Below are positions 1 through 11,834 of a stretch of 64,000 bases of DNA, in pieces. How positions within the stretch are numbered: the stretch's first letter is position 1; each line of letters begins with the position of its first letter. Source of the stretch: Neodothiora populina (lineage: Eukaryota); NCBI RefSeq assembly GCF_041146345.1, contig NW_027191413.1:2480001-2544000 (forward strand). The letters run 5' to 3'. The notes beneath the pieces were generated by a model that was not told where the DNA came from, ran no database searches, and was given only the letters and a program-made list of their open reading frames with translations. Position numbers and translations under genes: made by a program.

Positions 1-256
1 CAAACCCCCGTTCTAACCATAGATTCACTCCATTCCACTTATTGCAACTCTGCCTCCGCTTTTTTGCTTTAATCTTGGGACTTTTTTGCCCATTCATCGA
101 AACCTTGGGGCTTGGCGCGCTGGTTCGCTCGGCGGCATCTGTTCACTAAGGTACTGGTCTATCACTATAACATATACAGAAGTAGTAGTTAGGACACACA
201 CGAACACTTTGTTTCAACAACGTCCTGGCTATTTCTGTTGTTCCTAACGAAAGACC

Positions 257-1008
257 ATGGCTGCCGAGCAGCCGTCTCACAACGAAGTCTGGGACGATTC
301 GGCGCTTATAGATTCCTGGAATGAAGCACTCGAGGAATACAAGGTTGGTTTTACCACGCGCTTATGCCACTGAATTTGTGAATATGCGTTCTATACTGAT
401 CTAACGAACATAGAAATATCACAGCATTGCGGCCAAGGGAGAGCGTGTCGAGGATGTCTTGGCTGTTGCTGAAAAGGCCGAGACGGATGTGTATGTTGAC
501 TTTAGCTATACTCATACAATATATGTCTTAGGTCACATCACTAACCAACAGAGCAGTCTAGAAGAGACTGCTGGTTCGTTCCAGGACAAAAGTGTGCTGG
601 CTCCGGAGGGCGAGGCAAAGGACGCAGTCATGGAAGACCAGGTTCATGTCGAGAATGCGCCGGCGATTCCAGTGTCGGAAGTATGCTTGAGATGCCAATG
701 TCATGTCTCATTGAACCCCTTTCAGCTGACCAACAAGCAGCCCGAGCAGATCGCAGTAGAGCACCCACTGCCCACGACGAACGGCATCTCATCAGCCATG
801 CCACAGGCAATGATGAACACTGGTACTGCCATGCCGCCACAAATTGACCGGACGGCCCTGCTAACATGACTCAGTGCAAGACGAGGGTCTGAAGAACCTC
901 ATGATGTCCTGGTACTACGCAGGCTACTACACAGGCCTCTACGAAGGCCAGCAAAAAGCCAACCTCGCTGGCCAAGCAAGCAAACAGGCCATTGGCAAAG
1001 TTGGCTGA
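257..1008 (+). CDS. SMN1: Survival motor neuron (SMN)-like protein, 5 exons
   Basis: ATG 257 gives MAAEQPSHNEVWDDSALIDSWNEALEEYK|KYHSI (Gemin2-binding motif). Last exon QDEGLKNLMMSWYYAGYYTGLYEGQ is the YG box; TGA at 1006-1008. Introns approx. 344-413, 491-556, 681-725, 823-874. Confidence 0.9.
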
Positions 1009-1571
1009 AGTTGACCGTGCGTTCAGGAGCACCATTATCACTAATACTAACACTCGCCTGGGTCCCATTGAGTGAGCCGAGTGAGCTGTCACTTCTGGCG
1101 TTGTTGCACTCTCATACAGTGGCGACAGATGCACCACCAGATCTGGTCCATAGTGCATGCAGTCAGTAATGTGAGCGCCGGCGGACAATATGCCTGCTGA
1201 CGTGTGCGCCCCAAGTCCTTGATGACGAGAGTCAGCTTACACGGCCAAAATGCTCCTCTCAAGATCGAGGAAGGGCACAAGACAATCCACACCAAGCAGC
1301 ACGACCGAAAGAGGAACGGATATCTCGCTGAAAGAATCGCATGTCTATGATTGAACGGTTCTATTACTGAAATGAAAAGAAGAAAACAATGGGGGTTCGC
1401 TAAAAAGGCAATCCAATAACGCATAGATTCGTATTCGAAATGGAATAAACCATGAATCTCATTTTTAAGTCCTCGAGAAAGTGCAGTAGTAGTAGCCATG
1501 GGGAACGTCCCACTGACCGGACCTGACGGGGTGGACATCTGATCCTCGGTGTCGAAAGTCTCGAGTCGTGA

Positions 1572-2203
1572 TCATTTCTTTCCAGCAGCTGCTGCCTCGG
1601 CGGCCTTTCGTGCCTCAGCTATATTTGAACTTTTGATTAGCATACGCAAAACCCACGAAAAGGATGACAGCTAGACAGCAGGAAGAGAAGTCGTACCGGC
1701 AGCCTGCTTCTGACGCATGATCTCAGCCACGCTGTCCTTGTTCTTCATCATTTCGGATCCGGAAGCCTGATATCAGACAGAATCCGAATAAGTATTAATT
1801 CACAAGTCAACCCCAAGAGAGAGAGGGAGAAGAGAGCAGAGCCAGCACACGGCAGCATTTACACATGTGTGTGTTGTTCTCTCCCTTTACTCTCTTGGAT
1901 ACTGGGCAAAGAGGAGGTTCATCTCACGCTGTTTTTTGATTTCTAGTTTCGTTCAAAGTCAGTGTCGCAGATCGCAGTTTTAAAGGCTCGCTTCTAGCAC
2001 AAATGACAGAACATAACTCTTCATCGTGATCAAGATCATCTAGATAAAGGTCCACCCAATTTGTTGGAAATTGCTAGGATCGTAAAGTCTCGCAGGGAAG
2101 AAAACTGTAACAAGAACGAGAGCAATATGCGACTACTCACTTGAGCGGCTTGAGCCTTGAGGTTCTTCTCGCGAGCCTTATCTCTCTGGTTGCCACGAGC
2201 CAT
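1572..2203 (-). CDS. SERF: SERF/4F5 family small EDRK-rich factor (64 aa), 4 exons including a 15-nt microexon; missed by the ORF track
   Basis: Exons 2203-2141 (MARGNQRDKAREKNLKAQAAQ), 1942-1928 (KSKNS), 1766-1697 (ASGSEMMKNKDSVAEIMRQKQAA), 1618-1572 (AEARKAAEAAAAGKK*). All introns GT-AG; total 195 nt, in frame. Confidence 0.88.
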
Positions 2204-3614
2204 TTTTCTTTGTTTTGCTTTGAGATATTCACTTGATTGACGCCTTGGGTGGTTTCGCCGTCTTGTTCTTTCACAGGAACTATAATTATCTGGCCTCTTC
2301 TCAAGAGTGTCTTGTCGCGTGTGGCAAGTTTTCGTGGTCTAAAGGATAAAGGAATAAAAGTAGTTTTGGCTAAGAGGCGAACGACTTTAAGGAGGAAGGG
2401 TGTTTTTATCTAATTGTTTTTGGGGGGGGAACCCGACAGAGAGGGACCCGGCCGGCGAGTCGGGTTCCAGATGGGCCAACGCCAAGATCAAATCGACTTT
2501 CCGCTCTGTTTTTTTTTTTGTCTACCTTATTCTAGAATCTGTTTGATTGCTTCCTTTTCGGTAAACGTCCGTCGTATAAGCTGAGGTGGGCTCGAGCTCA
2601 CCTCGCCTTTTTTTTTGCTCTCGGGGTCGCTGGACGGCAGGAAGCCCCGGATCGGCATCCGTCTGACTCCGTTCGCTTCTGTCAAGATGCAAGTCTTGGT
2701 TCGTGCGATCTCGAGGGGGACCCTGTCCAGTCGAGCGGATCTGAGACTCTTAACTCCACTGATCGGGTGTTCAGGTTGTATAATTACCAGATATTATTTC
2801 GGGAAACGTGGGAGAGAGCTCCACATGTCCGGCTCTCCTGGCGGTAGGTCACACACTTGCGAGACCCAACCATCTGGCGGTTCGGCAGACTTGAAACACG
2901 TCGACAGTCATTTTGCCGCTGACAAAGTGGATTCAATCTTAGCCAATCCATGCTCTATGTCGACTGTCAACCCTGACAGTACGCAAAAGCAACTATATCT
3001 CTTGTGCTTGCACAACCTTCCAGTCCTTCTCGAATCTAGTGCGCTTTCATGTTATCGATCCGCGCATGACACCACCTACGATGCGATGTTTCACAGAGGC
3101 GGCTATTGCCAACGCTGGATGATTGTCTCCGGCGCTTGCATGTGAACTTATTGTATCAATCATTGTCGGGCATCGTCAATGGAACTGTAGGTGGAACGCC
3201 CTATTCATGGTATAATCACTCGCTCGGCTCGTTCTCTGCTCTCTATTGTGTCTATTGTCAAAATTTCTTTTGTCCGTCCTTTTTCAGTGGAAAAAGGCAT
3301 TCACTCTGGAGGCTTCTGACCTCCTTTAATCCCTCTTGTGCTTCTCTTTCTTTCTAGTTTCCACCTCGAGCATCTACCACAACATTCCTTGCCCGCATTT
3401 TCCTACTCTGAGAACGCCTGCTGGACAGCCGTGTTACGTCTTTCCCTTTGAATCACCATATATGTTCTTGAGACTCTATCCAACAAAACTGTGAGCGTAA
3501 CACAACCTCTATTGAGGGCAAAGTATGCAGATCTCTCTGGTCACTAACACCAAACCAAGGTCCATATACCTACCTTTCGAGGCAAGAGTAAAGACAGAGC
3601 GGACTGCAGAGAAG

Positions 3615-4725
3615 ATGACATTGTCACCAAAGTCACTGGCTGGACCAGGCTACATCATTCTCAATGCCATTCGTGTAATGAACATCATTGCTTTTCTTGC
3701 GGTCATTGCGGCCAGCGTCGTGATGTTGGTCAAGACTTCTACGGCCTCAAAGGTGGTTATGATGGAATCAGATTCTCCAGCCTGATCGCACGCTGACAAA
3801 GTACAGTTCTTCTTCTTCGATGCGGTCAGTCATGTTGTGACTGCTGTCATATCGAGTAAGTCTTGCAGATATCACGTACCTAAAGCTTGAAGCTGTTAAC
3901 GCCACGTACTGACTGGACTCGAAAGTGTTCCTGATCGCTTCTGAAGTGTCACTTTTCCGAGCCTTCTTCGCTCGCAATTGGCCACTTCTCAGCCCAGCGC
4001 ATGGGTTCGTCGCGCTCGGGGCGGCCATGGTTGTCCTAGGTGTCAACGTCCTCGGCAATCTCAATAAGCCAGCAGCATCGCAGGAAGCGCTAGGGCTCGA
4101 AATCTGGCGGATTGTCATTGGATCCGGCATCATCGTCTTCATCCTAGGGTTCTTCAATCTGGCTGCGGTAGGTTTATGCTCTGCTCAAGATTATGACCCG
4201 AGCGGTTTGTGAGTCGTACTGATTAGATCACCACAATAGAGCTATATCTTCCGCGATAACAAGCAGGACATAACTGCCCGTCAAGTACGCGCTCAGGGCG
4301 CAGTAGCGGTTCACAAGAAGCCGATGTCAACCAGCAGCATCAGGTCTGCACCGACAATGCAAAGCATGAGCCCCTCGACGCCAGCAAAGCGATTCAGCAA
4401 AGCCTTCCACAGAATGAGCAGGAGCAACACTATGCCAACGCTGCCACTGTACACGAAATCGCCCGAGGTTGCAACAATGCCGGTAGCGTCGCCCGAGCAG
4501 CCGCAGCCGTCGCCATCTTCGAAGTACTCGCGAGCCACATGCGATACGGCCAAGAAGCTCTTCGGTGGAAGCAGGAAACGTGAAAGTGTGGGACCATCAC
4601 TGCCCATCAACATCTCCGCGCCAATGAACGTGAATCCTCAATTCGCACATCTGGTGCAGAGACCAGACTCTGCACTGCACCCTAGCCGTACAGGTGAGAG
4701 CGACACTCAGAGATGGAAGATATGA
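3615..4725 (+). CDS. Conserved fungal multi-pass membrane protein with S/P-rich C-terminal tail, 4 exons
   Basis: MTLSPKSLAGPGYIILNAIRVMNIIAFLAVIAASVVML...FFARNWPLLSPAHGFVALG...SYIFRD...ITARQVR. About 4 hydrophobic segments; three GT-AG introns with CTGAC/CTGAT branch sites join ORFs 3525, 3925 and 4324. Confidence 0.75.
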
Positions 4726-5110
4726 TGAGATGATGGTCCAGGCGGTCGGTAGAGGTAGATCTTGTCCCATGGAGAGGAGTGGATTTCTCTGATTCTTGTT
4801 ATGCTTCTCTTATCAGCCTTGTTTTCTTTTCTTTCTTGAATTATCCAGCGAGGCGCCATATTAAAGGCGAAACCGGTCATTCTCTATATCCATTTCTCCT
4901 GGCGTGTAGATGCGGCATTGCTTTCTTGCTTGCTGAGCTGGGTCTGTAGCAGCCATAACATTCGAGACCACACTCGTTTATGATGAAAACTATTAGTATA
5001 TCGAACATAATGTAGTTTAAAAATGGCTTCAGGATATAGTAAACGTTGACGCTGAGGTACCAAGGCGTGTCGTATATGCATCACTCACGTGCACACACGA
5101 ATTACACAGA

Positions 5111-5884
5111 TCAAGGATTGTTGACTCCTGCTCCATTAGTGTGAGCAACACCAAGGTATTCCTCAACAACCGTCACAATGTCCCTCCAGTCCATCATGGG
5201 CCCGGCGCCAACATCACCACACGCCATTCTCTTCTCCATAGGCTGGAGAACATGAACCCAACCACCACTGTGAACGCCCCATTCCTGCTCAAGAACAGCA
5301 ATATGCTTACTCGTGACGGGGTGCAACCACATAGCAGTGTTCATAGCAGGAGCAACAAGCAAAGGTTTCGACCCGGAGGCAGTCTTGAGAGAAGCAGGGA
5401 GACCCTGCCGCGGCAAGTCCACCTGGCCAGTGGTATCCCAAGCGCGAACAGCAGATAAGAGCAGACCATCCGACAACCCCAGCGCCATCTTAGCGAGAGA
5501 ATTGGCAGACAGCGGCGCGACGAGCATCAGGTCCGCCCATCTCCGCAACTCTATATGCAGGATATCTGCGCCGCGAGTCCAGGGCACAGCCCACTCGTCT
5601 CGATCAGTATAGATGGCCTCGACTCTGGGTATCTGCAACAAAGAAGCCAGAGTCGGCTGCTCGGCAGACTGACCCTGCAGGAACTGCGCTGCGGAATCGG
5701 TGAGTACGACACGGATCAGAACGTCATGTGCGGCTAGCGCTGCGAGTATCAGAGGCAGCTTGATGGTCGCGACGGACCCGGTGCATGCTATCAGCAGATG
5801 GGGTTTCCCGTCGTCGTCGTGGTCTGCGGCGCGCAATGGTGCTGTAAGCGGTGATGCTTCACGATAGGCAGATGTGCTCGACAT
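5111..5884 (-). CDS. Phosphopantothenoylcysteine decarboxylase (HFCD flavoprotein, Hal3/Cab3 family)
   Basis: Motifs TGSVATIK, LHIELRRWAD, APLSANSLAK, PAMNTAMW, MACGDVG. The catalytic His, Asn and Cys are all in one polypeptide. Start placed at MSSTSAY (ATG 5884). Confidence 0.92.
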   Translation of the reverse strand: MSSTSAYREASPLTAPLRAADHDDDGKPHLLIACTGSVATIKLPLILAALAAHDVLIRVVLTDSAAQFLQGQSAEQPTLASLLQIPRVEAIYTDRDEWAVPWTRGADILHIELRRWADLMLVAPLSANSLAKMALGLSDGLLLSAVRAWDTTGQVDLPRQGLPASLKTASGSKPLLVAPAMNTAMWLHPVTSKHIAVLEQEWGVHSGGWVHVLQPMEKRMACGDVGAGPMMDWRDIVTVVEEYLGVAHTNGAGVNNP

Positions 5885-6174
5885 GCTTGATTTACGGGAT
5901 GTGTGCCTCGCACTAAGATTTCTTCCTTCAGTCAACCATGTTGATATCTGAAGTCTCCATAAAGGTCTTGGTACTGAGAGGCCGACACATGAAGAGATGA
6001 AATTAGTTGCTGAGAAATAGATCTGCGTCATTGGCTGCGCTGGTTCGATTTTCCGATCCCTCCCCCCCCCCGCATGCGGCGAACGCATTTCCAAAGCTTC
6101 GGAGGTTTCGATGACAACTTCTTTATCATCCGCCAGAAACAGACTCGCAACACAAAACCTCGAACAAATAAATC

Positions 6175-6767
6175 ATGGCAGCACGATCAGTAGCATCAGC
6201 GGTAAGTCGCCTCGACACAGACTAAGGACTGGATCATTTCGACTAATGCCTTCTCTCACAGGTCTTCCGCTCGGCCCTCCGCCCCAGACACAACCCTCTT
6301 CTGTCGCCACGATTCCAAGTCCTGCAAACAAGACTGCTCTCGCAAGAGACCCGCCAGGCCATCGACAAGGCCGTCGCTTCGGCGCCCGTGGTCCTCTTCA
6401 TGAAGGGCACCCCCGAGACCCCTCAGTGCGGTTTCTCGAGAGCCAGCATTCAGATCCTCGGCATGCAGGGCGTGAACCCGGCCAAGTTTACTGCGTTCAA
6501 TGTCCTCGAGGATGAGGAGCTCAGATCGGGTATGTGTTGCTGCATGCATACGACTGCTGATGTGCTGCGTGCGAGAGAGAGGATAACATGATGGCTGACT
6601 ATTTGCGTGCAGGCATCAAGGAGTACTCCGAGTGGCCCACCATTCCTCAGCTCTACGTCAACCAGGAGTTTGTTGGCGGAACCGACATCATGATGTCCAT
6701 GCACCAGGACGGCTCGTTGGCGAAGCTGCTTGAAGAGAAGGATGTCTTGGTCCCCGCAGACGACTAG
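6175..6767 (+). CDS. GRX5: Mitochondrial monothiol glutaredoxin, 3 exons
   Basis: [19 protein letters not shown] (CGFS active site) and [23 protein letters not shown]. Arg/Ser-rich N-terminus; introns 6202-6261 and 6530-6612. Confidence 0.95.
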
Positions 6768-7031
6768 AGAGTGTGATTGTGATCAACAATAACTGGCGAC
6801 AGAGAAATGTAGGATTCCGTGGCGTCTGTACATAATGCAATATCACATGTTCAAAACAGCAGCATCGCGAGTTCTCTGACAGTGTTCAAGTAATATGTTA
6901 TGATCTACCGAAAAAACTTGGCGATGTCGCGCATGAATGACTATCCTACTTACCAAGAGCAACCAAGTGATAAACATGAATATGACACGAGCGTGCTCAT
7001 TCATACAGCCTCAACACACATGAAGAGACCT

Positions 7032-10000
7032 TTACTCGGTTGTCAAATCCGTCCGCTGGCCATCGTCTTCCGCAGCCTTCATCAGCTTCTCTCGCTCCGC
7101 GTTCTCAGCCTTGACGATGAGATCCAAAAGGTCATTGGTACTGTTTCGCAGGCTCTTGCCAGACTGAGCCGATATGAGACTGATACTGCGCCAATGTCCC
7201 TTTCGATCATCTACCACCGTCACCGAAGGAAATCGACGAACCACGGCACCATCACGGTCACCTTTCGGAGCTGGGACGGTCAAGAAGCGCTCATGGGATT
7301 GCAAAGTCCTGTCTTCGCGGGGAATCGCGTTCTGCGTTCTCGCCGTCGACTCATCTTCAGCGTTGACATTCGGAGAAACCGGAGAATAGACGCAAGCTTG
7401 ATACATGCGAGAAAGGCGCTTCGCTTTCGATGGTACGAGTACTTCATGCTCGGTATTGCCCTCGTGGTTGTCAAGTGTACCATCTAATGCAGGCTCATCA
7501 TCCTTCATGTGCAACGCCAAGAAGGTAGGTGCCCAAGACGCCTCGCCATCATTGTCGTCTCCGTCATCGTCCGAGCCACGATCCTGGATCTCATCATCTT
7601 GGTCGGGAGTACATGTATCAGGAAGAGTCGTCGCTATTCGCTGCTTTGTCTGAAGATGTGGATGGTGAGAAAGGGCTTCTTGTGTTTCCTCTTTGAGATG
7701 ATGGCTCTCATCCACTATTCCATCTCTCAAGTGGTGCCCTTCCTCTTTGATCTCATCCTTTACGTGGTCCACAATCCTTCCGATATGTCCAGGTATGAAG
7801 CTAGGATGAGCTAACGCGAGCGGGTGCATTGGGAATATAGGGGGCAGAACTTCCAGCTCGGGATGCTCAAGCTTCCCACCAACCGCAATGGACGACCGAC
7901 GATTGCGAACTGCTGATGATGTAAAAATGTTAGAATAGTATCGCACGACTGTACCAAACGTCATTGATCGTGACTTGACGATCCACGCCCGACCCTTTCG
8001 AGCCGACAATTTAGACGTCCTCTTGCCAATGTAAGGGCTTTCAATGTTTGGTGCGTCGATATCGCAATCTGATCCATCGATATAAGCAAAGTCTTGTGTG
8101 ATGACGTTGTCTTCCTGACCAGCAGAACCGCAACGACTTTCACGAGTGTGAGATGGGTATCGGCTCCAAGCAGCGAGAGGGGCCGCCGGGGGTGGGCATT
8201 CTCTGTCCGCTTCTACCGAAGAGCTACGAGAAGGCCTCGCTTTGGTAGAGCTTACCCCCATTGCTGTATGCCAAGATAGTGCTGTTTCGCCCGGGGGTCG
8301 AAGGTGCTGCATGCTCTGACTCCTGCGTACATCAGGCTTCCTAATGATCTCGAGAGGATCAAGATCGTCCATGATCGTAGGCAAGCGTGCAGGCGTGCTT
8401 GCTGTTGATGAGCCGAAAGAAACGTTGAATATCGGCGCTTGACTCGATGGGCTTGCTGTGCCTGAGCGTTTACTGCTCGACCGGTACAATGCAGCCTTTT
8501 CTAAGTGATGCTGGTGCAAGGCCTTTTCCATCAAAGAGCCCTCTGTGCCCTTGTAAGATAATGGAATCGCCCGACGGAGAGGTCGACCTCCCGATTCTCG
8601 TCTGTCGTCTTCCTCGATGGCTTTCAAGGCTTCCACGTCAATGATAGAAGCTCGACGACGGTCGTCTCCCGATACGGAAAGGTTCAACTCATACGCGACG
8701 AGCGACTCAACAGGAGGTACGACTGCTGATTCAGGGCTTATTGGACTGAGCATGACGTTGCTAAGACGTTGCTGTTGATCTTCATCAATGCTTACAGAGC
8801 GCGTTGTATGCTGTAGCTCTGGTGAATGTCGTGGTGCCTCGAGTAGATGAGGATCATCGGAAGGGCCATCCAACATCGCATTGGCTACTCCTGTACTCTC
8901 CTATAAGACAGGTGTGCTAATGCTGCGAAGTTTCTGTTTGACCAGTCTGGGAAAGATAAAATGGAGCATCGATCGTCGTTTCTTACTGCTCTTGGTCGGC
9001 GGAATAATCGCCAATTCTTCTGTGAATTTACCGATTCGCCCGAGACTCACGGAACTGCTACTCTTTGGTAGCGAAGAATTTGTGTTATAGACCATTCCCT
9101 TCGCGAAAGCACATTGATGAGTGCTAGGGTCAACTTGCTGCACCTCTGAAGAGACTCTTTCTCTTGGAACAGGGCTAGGTTTTCGGCTCAAAGTCGAGCC
9201 TTCGCCTGCAATCCCTTCACAGACTGACGTATTATTCTCTACTGGATCGTGCGGATCATATGTGGAGAATCCAATGTCGTATGGCTTAGGCGCCATTTTA
9301 CTCTCACTGCTGGGACTTCGACTGTATACTGAAGACGAGGCATTAACTCTGGATCGTCTACACTGAGAAGATCTTCGCCGAGTAGCGAGACTGGTGCTAG
9401 ATAGGACTCGTTTGTGGGTGGGACTTGTTGTTGACCATATGACACTGTTCAATGATGCGTGACCTAGAACCATCTGGCTCCACACAGTACTGGGGTTGTT
9501 GGAATTTGAAACCTGAGTCTGCTGCGATTGAGATCGTAGGTGTTGGGAGATATGCATGTCATGTAAATGCAACGAAGTATCAGATGCCTCGGATTGTGGT
9601 CGCACAGGCTGTGTGGCGGGCGAAGCAGGAGCGTCGGCAGGCTCGCGACTGGACAAAGCTGCTTGTGGTTGACAAACCTCCTTTCGAGGAGATCCTGACA
9701 CGACTGGTGTTTCTTTCTGGACCGAGACCGAATCTTGTCCTCTTCTTGGTGATAGAAATTCCTGAACGGTGGATAGCGGGGATAGAATATCTTGCAGTGA
9801 AAACTGCCACGATGTTTCGAGCTCGACCATATCGGGGGTTAGCTGCCATTTCTGATGTTCTGGGGCGAATGGTTTTAAGTCGCTGGAATCGGAGCTCGAT
9901 CTCGCGCGGCGCATTTGTACAGGTGGATCACAGGCATGCAGACGTCTAGGCAGACTGATTGAGCGATGCTCAATATGATGCCCATGCTGAAGTTTCAGTG

Positions 10001-10604
10001 TTCTGGGCTGCCGGTCATATCGGGTTGTTCCTTCTTCCATCAACTCGTCTTGTTGGTGGGCATTGGAGGAAGCAAGTGCGTCTAGTTGGGATTGGTTGAT
10101 GTGTAGTGAGAGGGCATCGGCATCGAAGTCCAGTTTGTCATGATCTTCGTCAAGGAAAGAAGAGGGTGTCTTCAGGTCTCGGGTGCCTGGAGCTACGCAT
10201 GGATGCTTGCCAGCAAACCTTCCCATTCTTCGTCCTAGTCTTGCAGCCTTCGTACCGCTCTTGCTAGATGACAGTGTCTTGCGGCTCAATTGCCGGCGCA
10301 GCTTGTTGGTCAATGTGGGAGAACATATAATACTTTCGTCAAGGCTAGGCTTTCGACCTGGGAGATGAAGCGCATCGGGATGATCATCCGGCAGCGCAGC
10401 TGCCACAAAGATTCTTTGAAGCTCTATATCTTCCGATGTCTTGACATCCGAGCCCCGAACGCTGGACTCATCAAGCAAGTACTGGTCCTCGTGGATCCGT
10501 TGACTCCTGATCGCCCTAAGAGATCTCCATTGTTTCAGTGGCCTGGCAGGCTCTTGTGGCGAGGAAGACCGCGAAGGAGCTGTGCAGCAGATTTTCGCTG
10601 CCAT
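7032..10604 (-). CDS. Large (~1190 aa) low-complexity Ser-rich hypothetical protein interrupted by one in-frame TAG at 8903-8901
   Basis: ORFs 8901-10625 and 7032-8876 are in the same frame, separated only by TAG plus 8 sense codons (…RSISTPVL*ESTGVANAMLDGPSDD…). ATG 10604 to TAA 7032 is 1191 codons. The C-terminal half has motif-like blocks (WSRYPSHTRESRCGSAG, GGKLEHPELEVLPP, RRFPSVTVVDDRKGHWRSISL). Confidence 0.7.
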
Positions 10605-11834
10605 TGCGAAGGATGCTGCAGACACTCAACCAAATGCTACCAATAGGAGACCAAAGAAATTATGACAAGATCTATGATAAGAGTATGAAGTGCTGGTCAT
10701 GGTAAGAGAAGAAAGAGGTGCCATATTCAGATACTGCCCAAGAGTCTGGTTCTTGAGGCAGGCGCAATGGAGGTCAACCACGACGCTTACCATATTTTCA
10801 GTACTTACATCTTCATCGAGTTGGCTGCCACTCGAGGACGGTTACTAACCTGTGACCTAACCTGACTTGAGAACCTTGGAACACTTTGCCTATGGACGAC
10901 AGATTGATCCTACAGGACGAGGGCAATCAAGTTACCTCTACACTTTCCTTCTGATGATGAGCTGGGAATGTGCATTTTGCTTCAGCCGGCACACAGTGTT
11001 GCACATTGATGTCGGGTCATTTTCACATTCAAAGGAATGCCGGTCCAGAGTGGACGATTATGACCATGTGTGACAGATGCATATCAGCACTGCAATCAAA
11101 CGACCGGATATACCAACCACTCAGCAGGTACCTTATCATTGCAGGCTCTCGCATAATCGAGTATATTGTGTAGCTTATCGGCTCAATCACCATTCACTTT
11201 TCACCTCTTGCAGACTTGCATGAGGGGTCAGCAACGACCGTGCCATGCACGATGGATCTAGTCTCAGCTTCTGCGGCCATTGATAAATTGCTTTGCTAAT
11301 GCTGTGCTGTAGGGTTCGGAATCAAGCTGTGATGCGCACGCTATCATTGCTAGCAACACTTGAAAATCACAAGATAAAAACGCTGCGTAGAGAAATTCCG
11401 AAGCATATCGACCGGCCAAGTGGACACAGTGGAGCAGGTAGAGTCATGAAGCCCAAGAATGCACTGGAGAGAACAAATCACGACGGGGCCGAAGACGGCC
11501 ATCGTTTACCTACCAAGTGGAGTGGAAGAGCGTCGAGACCGCGTTTACATATGGTAAAACCACGGACTATCAAATGTTTGCGAACACAAGCAGCACCGAA
11601 CAATACGAAATGGCGCGATCAAAAAAAAAAGCCGCGGGGCAAGATGAGCTTGGCGTGTAAAGCACGGGCGCCTAGGTGGGTAGGTACAAAGCCAGAGGAT
11701 TTTTCCCATCCTTCCCAATGGCCAGCTCTTTTCTTTCCTCTACCATTCCCCTTCATATTTCGAGAAGAGTCAATCGTTCTTCTCTATCTTCATTCTTTTC
11801 TCTCTTTGGAACTACCTCTCCAAAAATCGCCAAT

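Noticed and set aside
1943..2140. C/D snoRNA in SERF intron 1
   Set aside because: No intact RUGAUGA and CUGA pair with a terminal stem found.
8891..8986. 96-nt in-frame intron that would remove the TAG
   Set aside because: Not preferred: the CTTAT branch is weak, several AGs intervene, and it would delete a protein-like motif (KKRRS…KLRSISTPVL). Kept as the main alternative to test.
11610..11619. ATGGCGCGAT upstream of MET6 resembling a CYS3/MetR site (ATGRYRYCAT)
   Set aside because: Single copy with one mismatch; not distinguishable from chance by eye.
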